A DNA stretch of 64,000 bases from Camelus ferus (Eukaryota), in the NCBI RefSeq assembly GCF_009834535.1, contig NC_045697.1:104534001-104598000 (forward strand). Direction: 5' to 3'. Under the pieces are notes generated by a model. It saw only the letters and a program-made list of their open reading frames with translations. It was not told where the DNA came from and ran no database searches. Position numbers and translations under genes: made by a program. Positions 25,641 through 38,927 of the stretch are shown here, in pieces (the first letter of the stretch is position 1; every line of letters starts with the position of its first letter).

Positions 25641-26060
25641 ATGGAAACCTTTTGCCTCAGGCTGTCCTTTTGGGTGGCGCTGGTTGGATGTGTAATCGGT
25701 GATAATCCTGAGAGCTACAGCACCAATCTCAGTACGCACGTGGACGATTTCACCACTTTTCGTGGGACAGAACTCAGCTTCGTGGTCACAACTCATCGAC
25801 CCACGAATCTGGCCCTCCCCAGCAACAGTTCCATGCACAACTATTGCCCACAGCAGACTAAGATTACTTCCGCTTTCAAATACATTAACACTGTGATATC
25901 ATGTACTATTTTCATCGTGGGAATGGTGGGGAATGCGACCCTGCTCAGGATCATTTACCAGAACAAGTGTATGAGGAATGGCCCCAACGCGCTGATAGCC
26001 AGCCTTGCCCTTGGAGACCTTATCTATGTGGTCATTGATCTCCCTATCAATGTATTTAAG
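25641..26060 (+). CDS. EDNRA: Endothelin receptor type A, first coding exon (aa 1-140: signal peptide, N-terminus, TM1, TM2)
   Basis: Translates [31 protein letters not shown]...[47 protein letters not shown]. Kozak AAGATGG. 420 nt, phase-0 donor AAG|GTAGGA at 26061. Sequons N29 and N62 present. Confidence 0.98.
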
Positions 26061-27571
26061 GTAGGAAGTAACCACAGATGCATTTGCAGGTTTGAATGTA
26101 TGCTCTGATTCCACAGTTAGGAGAGTTACTGCAGACTTTTCTGACCTTTGGAATTTTAGTCTTTGTTTTTCCTGAGAGCAGTTACTGCTATCTTAAAACT
26201 CGGTAACATTGTACAATTTTATTTGTTAAATGTTGCACTTATTTTCTAACTTAATTGTTACCAAAATAGTATTTCAGGGATGATTCTTCAAAGTCATGGT
26301 CTTTCATGAATCAGATTCTCCTGCGAGCCCTGAGCTTGCAGAGTGGATGGGCAATCTGGGAAAAGATCAGTAGATTTTCCTGAGTCAGTTTCCAGGGTGA
26401 GACCTACAGAGCCCAAAAAGTACTTAAGATAAATATATATCTTCAGTTTCAGTTACCTTTTCAATGTGATGCTGTTCAGAAGCCAGATAGCCACAGTATG
26501 GCTTGAAACGGGGAGGGCCAATTTAATTTTGACTGTCTGGATGACGTGCTGGCTCCCCGCGGTTATCTGAGCAACTTCAAGATAACGGGGTGCACATGAT
26601 AGCCGGCCAGGGGTGACCTCGTTGAGCACTGTTACTAAAACTGTTTAGGACAGGCCTCCTGTTTCACTGTTGCTTCCTTCACTGCTTCAGTTTACATTTA
26701 TGGAGTGCCCGCTGTGTGTCCGCCACAGAGCCAGGCAATAAGGACCCAAAGACAATCAGGCAAAGTTAGAGCCTGAGTAGGGGAGGAAGATCCCACCTAC
26801 TGTTAGGGTGATCACCTTGCTCTGGGGACTGTTTGGTACCAAAACAACTAAAGCTGAAGGGAATCAGACATCCCATATTTGGTCTAGTGGTTGTGAGGGG
26901 GAAATTGCTGCAAGAATCCAAATGAACTAAAATTCAAATGAAGTTACATGATCTGTGCCAGATGTTTTGGAATGTCTTTATTCCTAGCCCAGGGAAAGCA
27001 CTTTCCTTAGCCTTTTTTTTTTTCTTTTTCTTCTATGTGTTGTCCATAGAAACAAAACTATTCTTGGCAATAATATTCTGAAATCTGACTTTAAATGGAA
27101 AGTTTTGTCAGATGAAGACATGATTAGGTTTAAGAGGAACAATAACCTCAGTTTCCAGTAAATACACTCAAACTATGGTGAAATTATACTAGCCTACCAG
27201 GAACATCAGTGGTCTAACAATAAAGACGAGAACAGTCATTAGGATTTTGAGCATTACAAGGAAAACTCATCTCAAAATGACTCCAGGACACTGTTTGCAA
27301 AATTGGGGAAATTAGACCACAAATAAAAATTTAAAAATCACATACCGTCTCTTTCCACAGAATAGCATGAATACATACATGTGTTTTCTATTTGAACTTA
27401 AAGCAGGATTTCAGAACCCAGTTATGAGGCAAAAATTGAAAATGTGTAATTAATTTAAAATGTTTATCATAAGCTATAGAACTTTAATTATTTTCCTTTT
27501 CAAAAGTTTTTGATTTTCTCTTCATGAAATATTACATGAACTCAACACTTGGCTTCCTCAGTATCTCTCTC

Positions 27572-28440
27572 TTTTTAAAATTTTTTTATTGAAGTATAGT
27601 CAGTTTACAATGTTGTGTCAATTTCTGTTGTACAGCTAATGTTTCAGCCATACATATTCATACATATATTCCTTTTCATATTTTTTCACTATAGGTCACT
27701 ACATGATATTGAATATAGTTCCCTGTGCTATACAGTAGAACCTTGTTGTTTGTTTTATATATATAGTAGTTAGCATTTGCAATTTCGAACTCCTAAGCTA
27801 TCCCTTCCTACCCTCTTTTCCCCTGGGGAACCATAAGTCTGTTTTCTGTCTGTGAGTCTATTTCTATTTCATAAATAACTTCATTTGTGTCTGTTTGTTT
27901 GTTTTTTTTTTTGAGTCCACATATAAGTGATGTTATATGATTTTTTATTTCTCTTTCTGGCTTGCTTCATTTAGAATGATAATCTCTGGGTCCATCCATG
28001 TTTCTGCATTATTTCGTTCTTTTTTGTGGCTGAGTAGTATTCCATTGTAGATATATAACACATTTTTATCAAATCATCTGTCGATTTAGGTTGTTTTGAT
28101 ATCTTGGCTATTGTATATAGTGCTGCGATGAACATTGGGGTGCATGTATCTTTTCGAATTAAGAGTTCCCTCCAGATATATGCCTGGGAGTGGAATTGCT
28201 GGATCATGTGGTAACTCTATTTTCAGTTTTTTAAGGAACCTCCATACTGTTTTCCATAACGGCTGCACCAAGTTACAGTCCCACCAGCAGTGTAGGACTC
28301 CATCATTTTCCCTATTGTTTGTGGACTTTTTAGCGATGGCCATTCTGACTGGTATGAGGTGATACCTCACTGTAGTTTTGATTTGCATTTCTCTGATAAT
28401 TAGTGATATTGAACATTTTTCCATGTGCCTATTGGCCTTT
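27572..28440 (-). mobile_element. L1 3' end with ORF2 C-terminal relic
   Basis: ORF 28086-28424 ([16 protein letters not shown]...HCWWDC) and L1 3'UTR. Confidence 0.92.
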
Positions 28441-31400
28441 TGTTAGGACATCTCTCTTTAATAAGAGATTTGAAAATGCTAACATGACCCATTCACAGTC
28501 ACGGTGTCGGGTATTAAACACTGATTGTTCATACTTATACAACTAGCTAACCAATCCATCATGGCTCGGGAGAATAATATAAACTGTCTCTGAATTAATA
28601 ATTCCCATCTGACCATGTGCAAAACAGCTTCTTGGCACATCAATACCTGCTGGGAAGGAGACTTGCTTATCTCTTTGAGGTGTTACCTGCCATTCACCAG
28701 ACTAAACTTCATTTCTATTCCGTAGCCACATTTTAAGTCAGACCACCTGGAATATCTCCAAATTTGGTGAAAATTCAAATAAAACTTTCTTTTACATTCC
28801 TATAGCAATGGACAAAAATTAAGACATCCTTATTTGCCCTTATGATTCTTCTTCCCTCTCAGGAATCCAGTACTTTATATACCTTATTGTAGTTCTAAAC
28901 AATGTGGACAGTTTGATGTGTTTTTACATTGCAGGAATACATTTGTATAATTCCTGTTTTTCTCACACTCATGTAATGAGTCATTCAACCAACATTAATT
29001 TTAGAAAGTAAACCTTTGGGGTTAAAAAAAAATACTCTTTAGTCATTTCAGTCTTCTTCCAGAGGAAAAGAGAAAAGCATTGGAGTGAACAAAAAAGCCT
29101 CATAATATTCAGGGATTATTTCTGCTTTCTCCTATCAGTGCTCTTCTCCAGGATAGGAGACCATGAGGTGTTTCTGTTTATTTCTCTGACTTTTGCCCAA
29201 GAGAGTCAAGAGAAATCCTTCCGAGCAATGTGAGCTCCGGGCCCTCCTGCCTTTTCTCCACAGCTGCCTCCTGCTGTGAGAGTCTGCTGCTTTGGAGTCT
29301 CGCATATCAGACCGCGAGTTCCTCTGACCATGTCAAGCTATCTCTGTATTGCAGGGCAAATGAGTAGCCATCCATCTCACTTTACCGTTGTGTTTAGGTA
29401 CCTATGAAAAATGCATAGACTTGGAGAACATTCTATTAAAAGAATACGTGAAGCTTCTTTACCTCCCCTGCTATTAAAGGGATGCATGAAGCCTCTTTGT
29501 CTCTCTGACTGTTAGAAGAATTGGATTGAGAGAAGGATGGTTTAAAGGATCTACTGTGATCATTAAAGAAACATGAGTTTTCAAATCACACAGGTCATTG
29601 TGTTTAACAATTCTATTCGATTGCTGTTATACTCAGTTCTAAGGTGTCTCCAGACAGAGACTGTTGCATTGAGTCATGTTAGAGTAAGTGAAAGTAGACT
29701 GTGTGAGGGCTGCATTTTGGGGCAAGCCAAACTTACTGATTAGACTGTAGTAATGTTACAAGAACAAGGAGAGTGCATGATAAAGGTTTCTTTCTATTCA
29801 CATTTTATTCCCTTTCTCTCACTTTGAAAGAGGTTGTACTGAAACTGTTTCATGTATCAGCATGATGTAAAACACAACTGAAAAGCAATGCAGCAAGTGT
29901 CAGATGGCTGGGCTGAGGGCATGGAAGAGGGGTTCACTACACATCTGAATTTCCATGTTTCCTAGCTTATCTCTGTAACTTCAGGATTTCTTCCTCCAGC
30001 CTGTACTGGACTTTTCTCGTACTTACTGAGTGCCAATCCTCTCAGAAACACCCAGGAGCTCATACTTCTTGTTAGTTCCCAACATGCATGTGCAGCTCTT
30101 GTCTGAATGCCATTCCCTACCCCTAAGTAACATTCTTTGCCCTAAATAACCTTCTCAGAGAAGCTGATTGTAGTTGCCAAATTGCTGCTGCTAAAGCATT
30201 TACAGATTCCTAAATTTAAAAATGAGTTAGGCCTAGAGTTATACCCGTTGCATAAAGAGGAAATAAACCAAAAAGTGGAAATTCTTCTAGCCATTGTTTA
30301 CACTTGTGCACGCACGCAGACGTACACACACACATATACACCTCGTGATGGAATCAGACAGTCTCAGACAATAAAATGTAAAGCAGAAGGAACCAGAGGA
30401 TGCAAATAAACACCAGTTACCTTCATGCTTTTCAAGCATACAAGGGCCTTGCAAATGGCAATGTTAAAGAAACACTATTATTAAGTTTATCAAGCAATTA
30501 CTCTATCTGATTTTTAATTGTGCAACAGACATAATATCATTAATTTCAGGAGAAGACTGACAAAAACAGGGGAGAGGAAGGGGAAAGAGTTAGGAGACCC
30601 TTTCAAATATTCACACTTATAACCTAAACTGATAATGGATTCAATTTGTGAAAAAATTACATTATCTGATATCTTGAATTTTCAAGGAATGCAAAACTTA
30701 GCCAAGTAGATTAATTTGTATATAAAATATTTGCATTCATAACAATGCCAAAACAATTAAAGGACTGTATCTGTGTTTAGCATCCAAAAACATCCCCAAT
30801 TACTAAATCCCAATATAGATTAGAAGTACAGAATTTAATAATTATATTCTTTAATGATTCATTTATGCCTTAGAGTGTCATCCATAGGAAGATGGGCTTT
30901 TGAATAGAAGGAAACCCCTAAAAGTGATGTTTGTGCAAGGGTGGGCCAAAGCGTGGTGTCATGTGCTTTCAGGATGACAGTCACCCGGATGTGCATAGAG
31001 ATATGCCCATAAACCACTGCACCTCAGCCTCTGAAGTAGAAACAGAGTGTGGGGAAATACATGTACGAGAGAAGTAGGGTGGAGAGGATTAGAAATGGTG
31101 GCCATGGAAAGAGGGAAGAAGTTGCATCCAATGGCTTGGCATAGAAATCTCGGCACAGTGGGGAGTTGGAACCAGTGATGCCACAGAAGACACTGTAGGT
31201 GAATAATATCTCCACTTAGCATGTGGGATAAAGCAGGTCAGTGAGAACAAGCTAAGCAGCCAGTGATACATCCAGTAACTGACTGTTGGCTACGAATTTA
31301 GTCCCTTTTAAGCAACCACTTCTTCCTGAGGACAACAATGAAAAATAAACAAATACAATTTCTGCATGAAATTATCAGGGATATTTTGCAATGAAAAGCC

Positions 31401-31648
31401 AAGACTCCCACTATGTTGCCTTGGCAGAGGATCTGAGCAATGTGGAAACCAGAGACATTCACACAGAGCCAATTTGTCTCCATATTAACACAGCCTTTGA
31501 CATCTTGTGCAACTGGGCTCCATCCTGTTGGGGCAGCGATACAAAAGTTGTTTTTTGACACATCAGATCACCAAGGCAATTTCTGTCTCAAAAACAAATT
31601 GGCACAACTTATAGATGGTATGCCTCAAACTTAGTAATTGTTCCATAA

Positions 31649-32460
31649 ATTTTTTTTTAATTGAAGTGTAGTTGATTTACTGTGTTGTGTTAATTTCTGG
31701 TGTACAGCATAGTGATTCATATATATATTTCTTTTCTTACTCTTCTTCACTATAGGCCATTACAAGATACTGGATATAGTTCCCTGTGCTACACAGTAGG
31801 ACCTTTTTGTTTTTATTTTATATGTAGTAGTATCTACAAATCCTGAACTCCCAGTTTGTCTGTCCCCACACCCTTCTTCACCCTGGAACCATAAGTTTGT
31901 TTTCTATGTCTGTGAGTCTGTCTCTGTTTTGTAAACAAATTCATTTGTATTCTTTTTTTTTATGATTCCACATATAAGTGGAATATATTATATGGTATAT
32001 TTCTTTCTCTTTCTGGCTTCACTTGGTGTGATGATCTCCAGGTCCATCCATGTTGCTGCAAATGGCATTATTTTATTCTTTCTTTTTTCATGGCTGAGTA
32101 GTATCCCATTGTATATATATACCACAACTTCTTTATCCAGTCATCTGTCGATGGACATTTAGGTTGCTTCCATGTCTTGGCTATTGTAAATAGTAGTGCT
32201 GTGAGGATTGGGGTGCAAGTATCTTTTCAAATTAGCATTTTCTCTGGATATATGACCAGGAGTGGGATTGCTGGATCATAGGGTAAGTGTTTTTGGGTTT
32301 TTTTTGAGACTGGTAAAGGAGTTTATTAGGGGTACACTGCCATAGACAATAGCGGGCCACATAGACGAGAGGTGCTGTGTGAGCCTATTTTCAGCTTTTT
32401 AAGGAATCTCCATGCTGTTTTCCATAGTGGCTGCACCAAATTGCATTCCCACCAACAGTG
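31649..32460 (-). mobile_element. L1 3' end containing a nested insert
   Basis: ATTGAAGTGTAGTTGATTTAC...CCCACCAACAGTG, interrupted at ~32290-32380. Confidence 0.9.
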
Positions 32461-32799
32461 GGATAAACGCTTTTTGATATGATTCAATACGAACTTCTAA
32501 TCAGATTGTTCTGAGTCCTTCCAGTTGAGATACTGACAGTGATGAAGATGATGATGACTTATCAGAGGGCTTCTTCGTATATGGACAAGGTACAGGGTCT
32601 TACCTCTGGTCTGCATACACTGTTCCCCCAAGTTGATCAGATGACCCACCGTTGCACACGTGATCATGGTGTTTCCCTTTTACTCATCATCAAGCAAATT
32701 AAAAACAAGCCCTTCTCATGTATTCCAGTAATAGTGCTATTATCGGAAAATTAGGTATAGATACTGTATTCCCTAAATTTTAAGAGAGAAGGTGTGTCC

Positions 32800-33275
32800 C
32801 TTCATCAAGCTCTCTGTCCCTTGTGGGTGCATTGCCCCCCACTAATCGGTCCCCGTTAGGTAGCTCTAGCCCCACCTCCTCGCCTGGACACTCTCTCTTC
32901 ATGCTTTTCCTCTACCTCTCCGTACTCCAGCTAACCAAGAGTACCAAGGTGATCCTTCTACCTGGAATATTTTCCCTCATGCCTCCCCTAGCATATTCCA
33001 CTTTATTCTTCAGATCCCAGCTTAAGCATCTCTTTGTCTGGCAAGTATCCCTGACCTCGACTGGGTTGGCGCCTTTCTCGTGTGCTCCCCTGACCTCCTC
33101 TATCAACCCTGTATGAGCATCCAATACATGCTGTATCACATCTGCCAGTTCGCTTGCCTGTCTGCCGCTCTAGACTGCAAGGCCCTTGAGGCACGCTGCC
33201 ATCCTTCTCATTTATCATGGTATCTCCGTATCCAGCCCTGTGCCCAGCTTTAAAAATATTTGATGAATGAGTAAA
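32800..33275 (+). mobile_element. L2 3' fragment
   Basis: CTAGACTGCAAGGCCCTTGAGG...AAATATTTGATGAATGAG. Confidence 0.7.
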
Positions 33276-33355
33276 ATAAGAAAAGGTACTGTATTTGCCT
33301 CTGTAAGAATGTTTCTTTCCCATGCAATCCCAGATCTAAAGGCACACTTGCTCTT

Positions 33356-33579
33356 TTTAAAAAAATTTTTTTATTGAAGTAGAGTTGATTTACAGTATTA
33401 GTTCCAAGTGTACAGCATGGTGACTCAGTTATACATATTCATACATAGACTTTTTTTCTTTTCAGGTTCTTTTCCATGATAGGCTATTACAAGAATTTGA
33501 ATATAGTTCCTGTGCCATACAGTAGGTCCTTGTTGTTAATCTACTTTATATATATAAGATGTGTCTGTTAACCCCCAAG
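33356..33579 (-). mobile_element. Short L1 3' end
   Basis: TTTTATTGAAGTAGAGTTGATTTAC. TSD ACTTGCT(C/T)TTT. Confidence 0.85.
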
Positions 33580-35399
33580 ACTTGCTTTTTGACTTTATTG
33601 AATGTCTACTTTTTTCCTGCAAATCAGGGATGTCTCAGGGTCCATAAATCTGAGAGAAAATATATGCAATATAGTGACACATCACAACAGGATTGATCCC
33701 CCTCCCCCTTCCCTTTGTCTTTAGAGGTCAAGGGTTCTTTTTCTGTGGTGCCTGTATTGTATTGCCTAATTTCTTCTCTCCCTGATACACAGAGCCGATT
33801 GAAGTCTCTTTTCAAGATTTCTGCGCAATATGCATTCTTTGAGCGTAGTTGTAACTGTGGTTTTGATTGAAATATTAAACCTACAAATGATTGGGAATAT
33901 CAAAATGAACGTTCATATCGCAAAAGATTTTATTTGCTCTTTAGAGAACAGGAAATAGGTTAATTTTTCTGGCATTGCTGAGACACAGGCACATTGCAAA
34001 AGTTCATTATGCTCACCAGCTCACTTAAGGATATATGTACCTATGAAATGACAGAGTGATAAATTTATTACCCAATTTGCTGTTTGTTATAAGGAAGTTG
34101 CCGTCTGGAAAGGCCTCAGAACCCTCTCCAACTACCTCCCCTTCTGGCTTTTCGTTTCCTGTGTCTGGGAACCTCGCTGCTTTCTCTCATGGCCATCATG
34201 TTAAGTAATTATTCTCATGTGCGGTGACTGGGCTAACCGTCAGCATTTGGCTCACAGCACAGTTATTCTCATTTCAGTGATGGGGGGTGGAAACTATCCC
34301 TAACTGCAAAGATCATTCCTATGGTTGAGGAAGGAGCGATGGTTTCAGTCCTGTCCCCATCTGGGAGGCACTGAGTGTGTGAAATGTCGTGGTTGGTGAT
34401 ACTCCTCCACCAGACAGTTCAGATCACAGAAGAGGGTGCTGTGTCCTAAACTTAAACAGTGAGGCATAAGCGTTTTACTTTTGAGAAAAGGATTTTCATA
34501 TATACACTGTGTGTCTGGGTAATGTTGCCCTAATTCCAGCCTTCTGAGCAGTAAAAGCAGATGTTCTGGCTATTTTATTCTGAAATGTTTCTATAGTGTC
34601 TTTATCTTATGAGCTGCCAGCGTGTGAGTGTTCTTTCTTTATTATCATGCAAAGTTTATACAGTTAGTATAAAGAGTGTGTGAACTAAAATGAAAGAGGA
34701 CGGGGCATGAAGTTTACTATCTCTGAAGCTGATTCTAAGACTAGAGTGGTTAAATAAGGAATGTTCTAAGAAATTCTGTCAAAACAAAATTGATATACAG
34801 CCAGAAATTCTACAACTGCTTTCTGGATCTACCATATTCTCTTGGGAGCGAGAATAACTGCTTTCTATAGCTACGATTTTATTTTTAACCAGGTCTAATT
34901 TTTCTTGGAAAAACTTTCCAACACTATAAAGTTAATAGTAGAAATTAGGTTCAGTAATAGAATGGAATGTAAGTATCATTCAGTGTTAATTTTTGGTAGC
35001 CTTATCTTTAAATTTGAACATCAAAACTTTTACAAAACCACGTGCTCTAAAATGTTTATTTAAATTTGTAATGTTTGAAGAGTCCAGTGTTCCTGGACTC
35101 AAGAAGCAAAAATCAAGTGTGCCCTCAGAAAGATTTGATACTATTTTTGTGGATGTGCAAATTTAGAGGTCGCTTTTTAGAATTTAAACTTCTCTAGAGT
35201 TTCATTGATGTGGTTTGACATCACGGCTTACTTGGAGACTAGTATAAGTAACAGGAGCTAGTCAACTCATGCTTCCTGTAACACTTATCCTAAACATGGG
35301 AACCCTTTATTTTAGATCAAATTTTTTACCAGAAGGTGATTGGGATGGGCAACTGATTGACCGTTTCGTTACTCAGTTAGATCAGGTCTCTCATCTCTA

Positions 35400-36190
35400 A
35401 ATGTTCTTCATTTATTCATTCAGTAAATATTTATTGACCTCTGACTATATACCAGTCATTGGGGAAACAGCAGTGAACAAAAACAATCACCCTTGCCCTA
35501 ATGGAGTTTACCTTCTAGGAGAACAAGACAATAATAAGCAGTTCATAAGTAAATATGTAGTAAGTGAGATAACTGCTAAGGAGAAAAGTAAATGAGGGGA
35601 GAGGAATAAAAGAACGGGGAGAGGATATTCATTTTAGAGTGAGTGGCTGAAGAGGACATTAATACAAGGTGATGTTGAGTAAAAACTAAAACGTAAAAAG
35701 AGCACACCATGCCACTGTCTGAAGTAAGGGCATCCAGCCAGAGGCAAGTGCAAAGGCCCTGGGGCAGGAATGTGCCTGGGGCAGGGGGAGATGTAAAAGG
35801 AACAGCAAGGAGGCCATGGTGGTTCAGTGAAAGGGAGAGAGAAGTAACAGATGAGGTCACATGGATACTGGGGTAGGCCAGGCAATGGAGGGGGAAGCAG
35901 ATAACACAGAGGGTAACAATATATATAATCTATTTATTGTCCAAACCAGGATGCTTTACGAGTGAAAGGAAACACTATCAATAATTGCATCTGGACAACA
36001 GGCATAAACCAGGACTGCCCTAGAAAAAATAGGAAACATGGTCACTCTACCTATACACCTTTTTAAAGCCATTAGCCTTTTTCTCTGAGTGAGATAGGAA
36101 GCCTTTAGAAGGTTATGAGCAGATGCATTACATGATCTGGCTTACATTTTAACAAGGACACTCTGGCTACTGTGTTGAGAAGGATTTCTT
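35400..36190 (-). mobile_element. L2 with nested MER81-like hAT-Blackjack MITE (~35910-36049)
   Basis: TTCATTCAGTAAATATTTATTGA L2 end. MITE ends GAGGGTAAC...GGTCACTCTA with CCAAACCAGGA motifs. Confidence 0.75.
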
Positions 36191-36259
36191 GAATCAATGG
36201 AAGAAAAATATGCAGTCTTAAAATATGTTATGCCTACCGACTTATAGCATGAGAACACT

Positions 36260-36480
36260 ACCGCCTAATGCTTAATTAGTGTTTACTCTGTGCTAAGCTA
36301 ACGCATTTGATCAGCACAGTAAATTATCATGCACAACTGTTCCCTGAAAATGAAGAAACTGAGGCACAGTGTTTAAGGAAGGTCCTCGAGGTTACACAGC
36401 TAGCAAGTAGCAGAGCCAGGATTTGGATCCAGCCTGATCCCGCAGGCTATGCTGTTAGCTAAGCTGCCACACAGCTTCTC
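36260..36480 (-). mobile_element. MIR SINE
   Basis: GAAGAAACTGAGGCACAG...GGTTACACAGCTAGCAAGTAGCAGAGCCAGGATTTG. Confidence 0.8.
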
Positions 36481-37134
36481 TTCCATATGCCTCGTAAGGC
36501 AAACTTGATAGTCCAGATGTCATCCCTAGTGCAGAAATATATTTTCAAAGACTGTGTTCAAAGATAAAGTCATCCCTTTTCCTCTCCTGCATTAAATGCA
36601 ATACTTCTTTAGTTGCTTATTTAAGACAGAAGTAACACACTATAAAGGAAAGTGTGCACAAAATAGACTGGTCTCCAGAATAACATTTATGTTGTTAAGT
36701 CTTGCCGATTGCATTGGAACATCTGGTAAACAGATTTTTGTATTCTATACTCTTTGTCATGTCGGTGAATTCAACTGACAGAAGGGATCCAGAAAAAAAA
36801 ATCAACTGAAAAAATAATATTAAGTTCTCTGATGGACTGATTGCCTAGGCACATACATCTGCTCATCTGGTTGGAAGGACACTTTTTGCCTCATTCAGTT
36901 ATCACTGGAAAGGCTAGGCAATTTGTGGGTATGAGATAGAAAAATGAGTGTGGCTAGCATACAGTTTCAGTTGCAGTACAAACATCTGATTTTATTGATC
37001 AAACGACATATTGCATTTCTAGATGTTCCTCCCTAGGAGTTTACCAGATGCACAGGAATTAAAAGGGGAATGTGAAAGTGTAATGAGTGACATTTGGGAA
37101 TATGTCACAAATGATATTTAGAAAGAAGCTAGTA

Positions 37135-38927
37135 ATAAAATACCTAGGAATAAACTTAACCAAGGAGGTGAAAGACCTATACTCTGAAAACTATAAAACA
37201 CTGATGAAGGAAATTGAAGATAAGGCAAAGAAATGGAAAGATAGCCCATTATCTTAGATTGGAAGAATTAATATTGTTAAAATGGCCATACTACCCAAAG
37301 CAATCTACAGATTTAATGTGATCCCTATCATAATACCTACAACATTTTTCACAGAACTAGAATGAATAATTCTAAAATTTATATGGGACCACAAAAGACC
37401 CCAAATTGCCAAAGCTATCTTGAGGAAAAAAAGAACAAAGCTGGAGGTATCACCGTCCCTGACCACAGACAATACCACAAAGCTACAGTAATTAAAACAG
37501 TAAGATACCAGCATAAAAAACAGACACATAGATCAATGGAACAGAATAGAGAGCCCAGAAATAAACCCACACACTTATTGTCAATTAATCTTCAACAATG
37601 GAGGCAAAACTATACAATGGAGAAAAGACAATCTCTTCAATAAGCTGAGCTGGGAAAACTGAACAATTACATGTAAAACAATGAGGTTAGAACATTTCCT
37701 CACACCATATGCAAAAAGAAACTCAAAATGAATTAAAGACCTAAATGTAAGAACTGAAACCACAAAACTCCTAGAAGAGAACATAGGTAGAACAATTGTT
37801 AACATAAATCATAGTAATATGTTTTTGGATCTGTTTCCTAAGACAAAAGAAATAAAAGCAAAATGAAATAAATGAGACCTAATTAAACTTAAAAGCCTTT
37901 GCACAGCAAAGGAAACCATTGACAAAACAAAAAGGCAACTTGTTGAATGGGAGAAAATTGTTGCAAATGATATGACCAAGAAGGGGTTAATATCCAAAAT
38001 ATTCATACAACTCAAATAAAAAAAAAAACAACTCAATCAAAAAATGGGCAGAATATCTGAATAGACATTATTCCAAAGAAGACATACAGATGGCTAACAG
38101 GCACATGAAAAGATACTCAACATTACTAATTAGTAGAGAAATGCAAATCAAAACAACAATGAAATATCACCTCGCATCTGTCATAATGGCTATCATCAAA
38201 AAGTCTACAAATAACAATTGTTGGCAAGGATGTGGAGAAAAGGGAACCCTTGTACACTGTTGATGGAAATGTGAATTGGTGCAACCACTGGAAACAGCAT
38301 GGAATACAGTATGGAGGTTCCTCAAAAAACTAAAAACAGAACTAATATATGATCTGCTCCTAGGTATATATCTGGAAAAAATGAAAATACTAATTGGAAA
38401 AGATACATACACCCCAATGTTCATAGTAGCATTATTTACAATAGCCAAATATGGAAGCAGATAAATGGATAAAGAAGATGTGGTGTATATATGCAGTGGA
38501 ACACTACTCAACCAGAAAAAAAAGAATGAAAGTCTTTCTTTTACAGCAATGTGGATGGACCTAGAAAATATTATGCTTTGTGAAGTAAGTCAGGCGGAAA
38601 AAGGCAAATACTGTACGATATCACTTGTGGAATCTTAAAAAAAAAAAAAAGAATGTATATAGCAAAACAGAAACAGGCTCACAGATATAGAAAACAAACT
38701 AGTGCTTACCAGTGTAGGGGACGTAGGGGTATTGGACTAAGAGATATAAACTACTACTTATAAAATAGATAAACAACAAGGATATATTGTATAGCACTGG
38801 GAATTATAGCCATTATTTTTTAACAACTTTTAATGGAGCATAATCTATAAAAATACTGAATCACTATGTTATACACTTGAAATTAATATAATATTGTAAA
38901 TCAGCTGTACTTCAATAAAATTCAAAA
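37135..38927 (+). mobile_element. 5'-truncated L1 (3' part of ORF2 plus 3'UTR), sense to EDNRA
   Basis: AAATACCTAGGAATAAACTTAACCAAGGAGG start, AATAAA 38914-38919, TSD AAGCTAG(T/A)AAT at 37126 and 38928. Confidence 0.93.

Noticed and set aside
26025..26027. Variant at Tyr129, a functionally important EDNRA residue
   Set aside because: Codon is TAT (Tyr), the usual residue
25629..26108. 159-aa ORF as a stand-alone protein
   Set aside because: It is exon 2 reading through the splice donor at 26061
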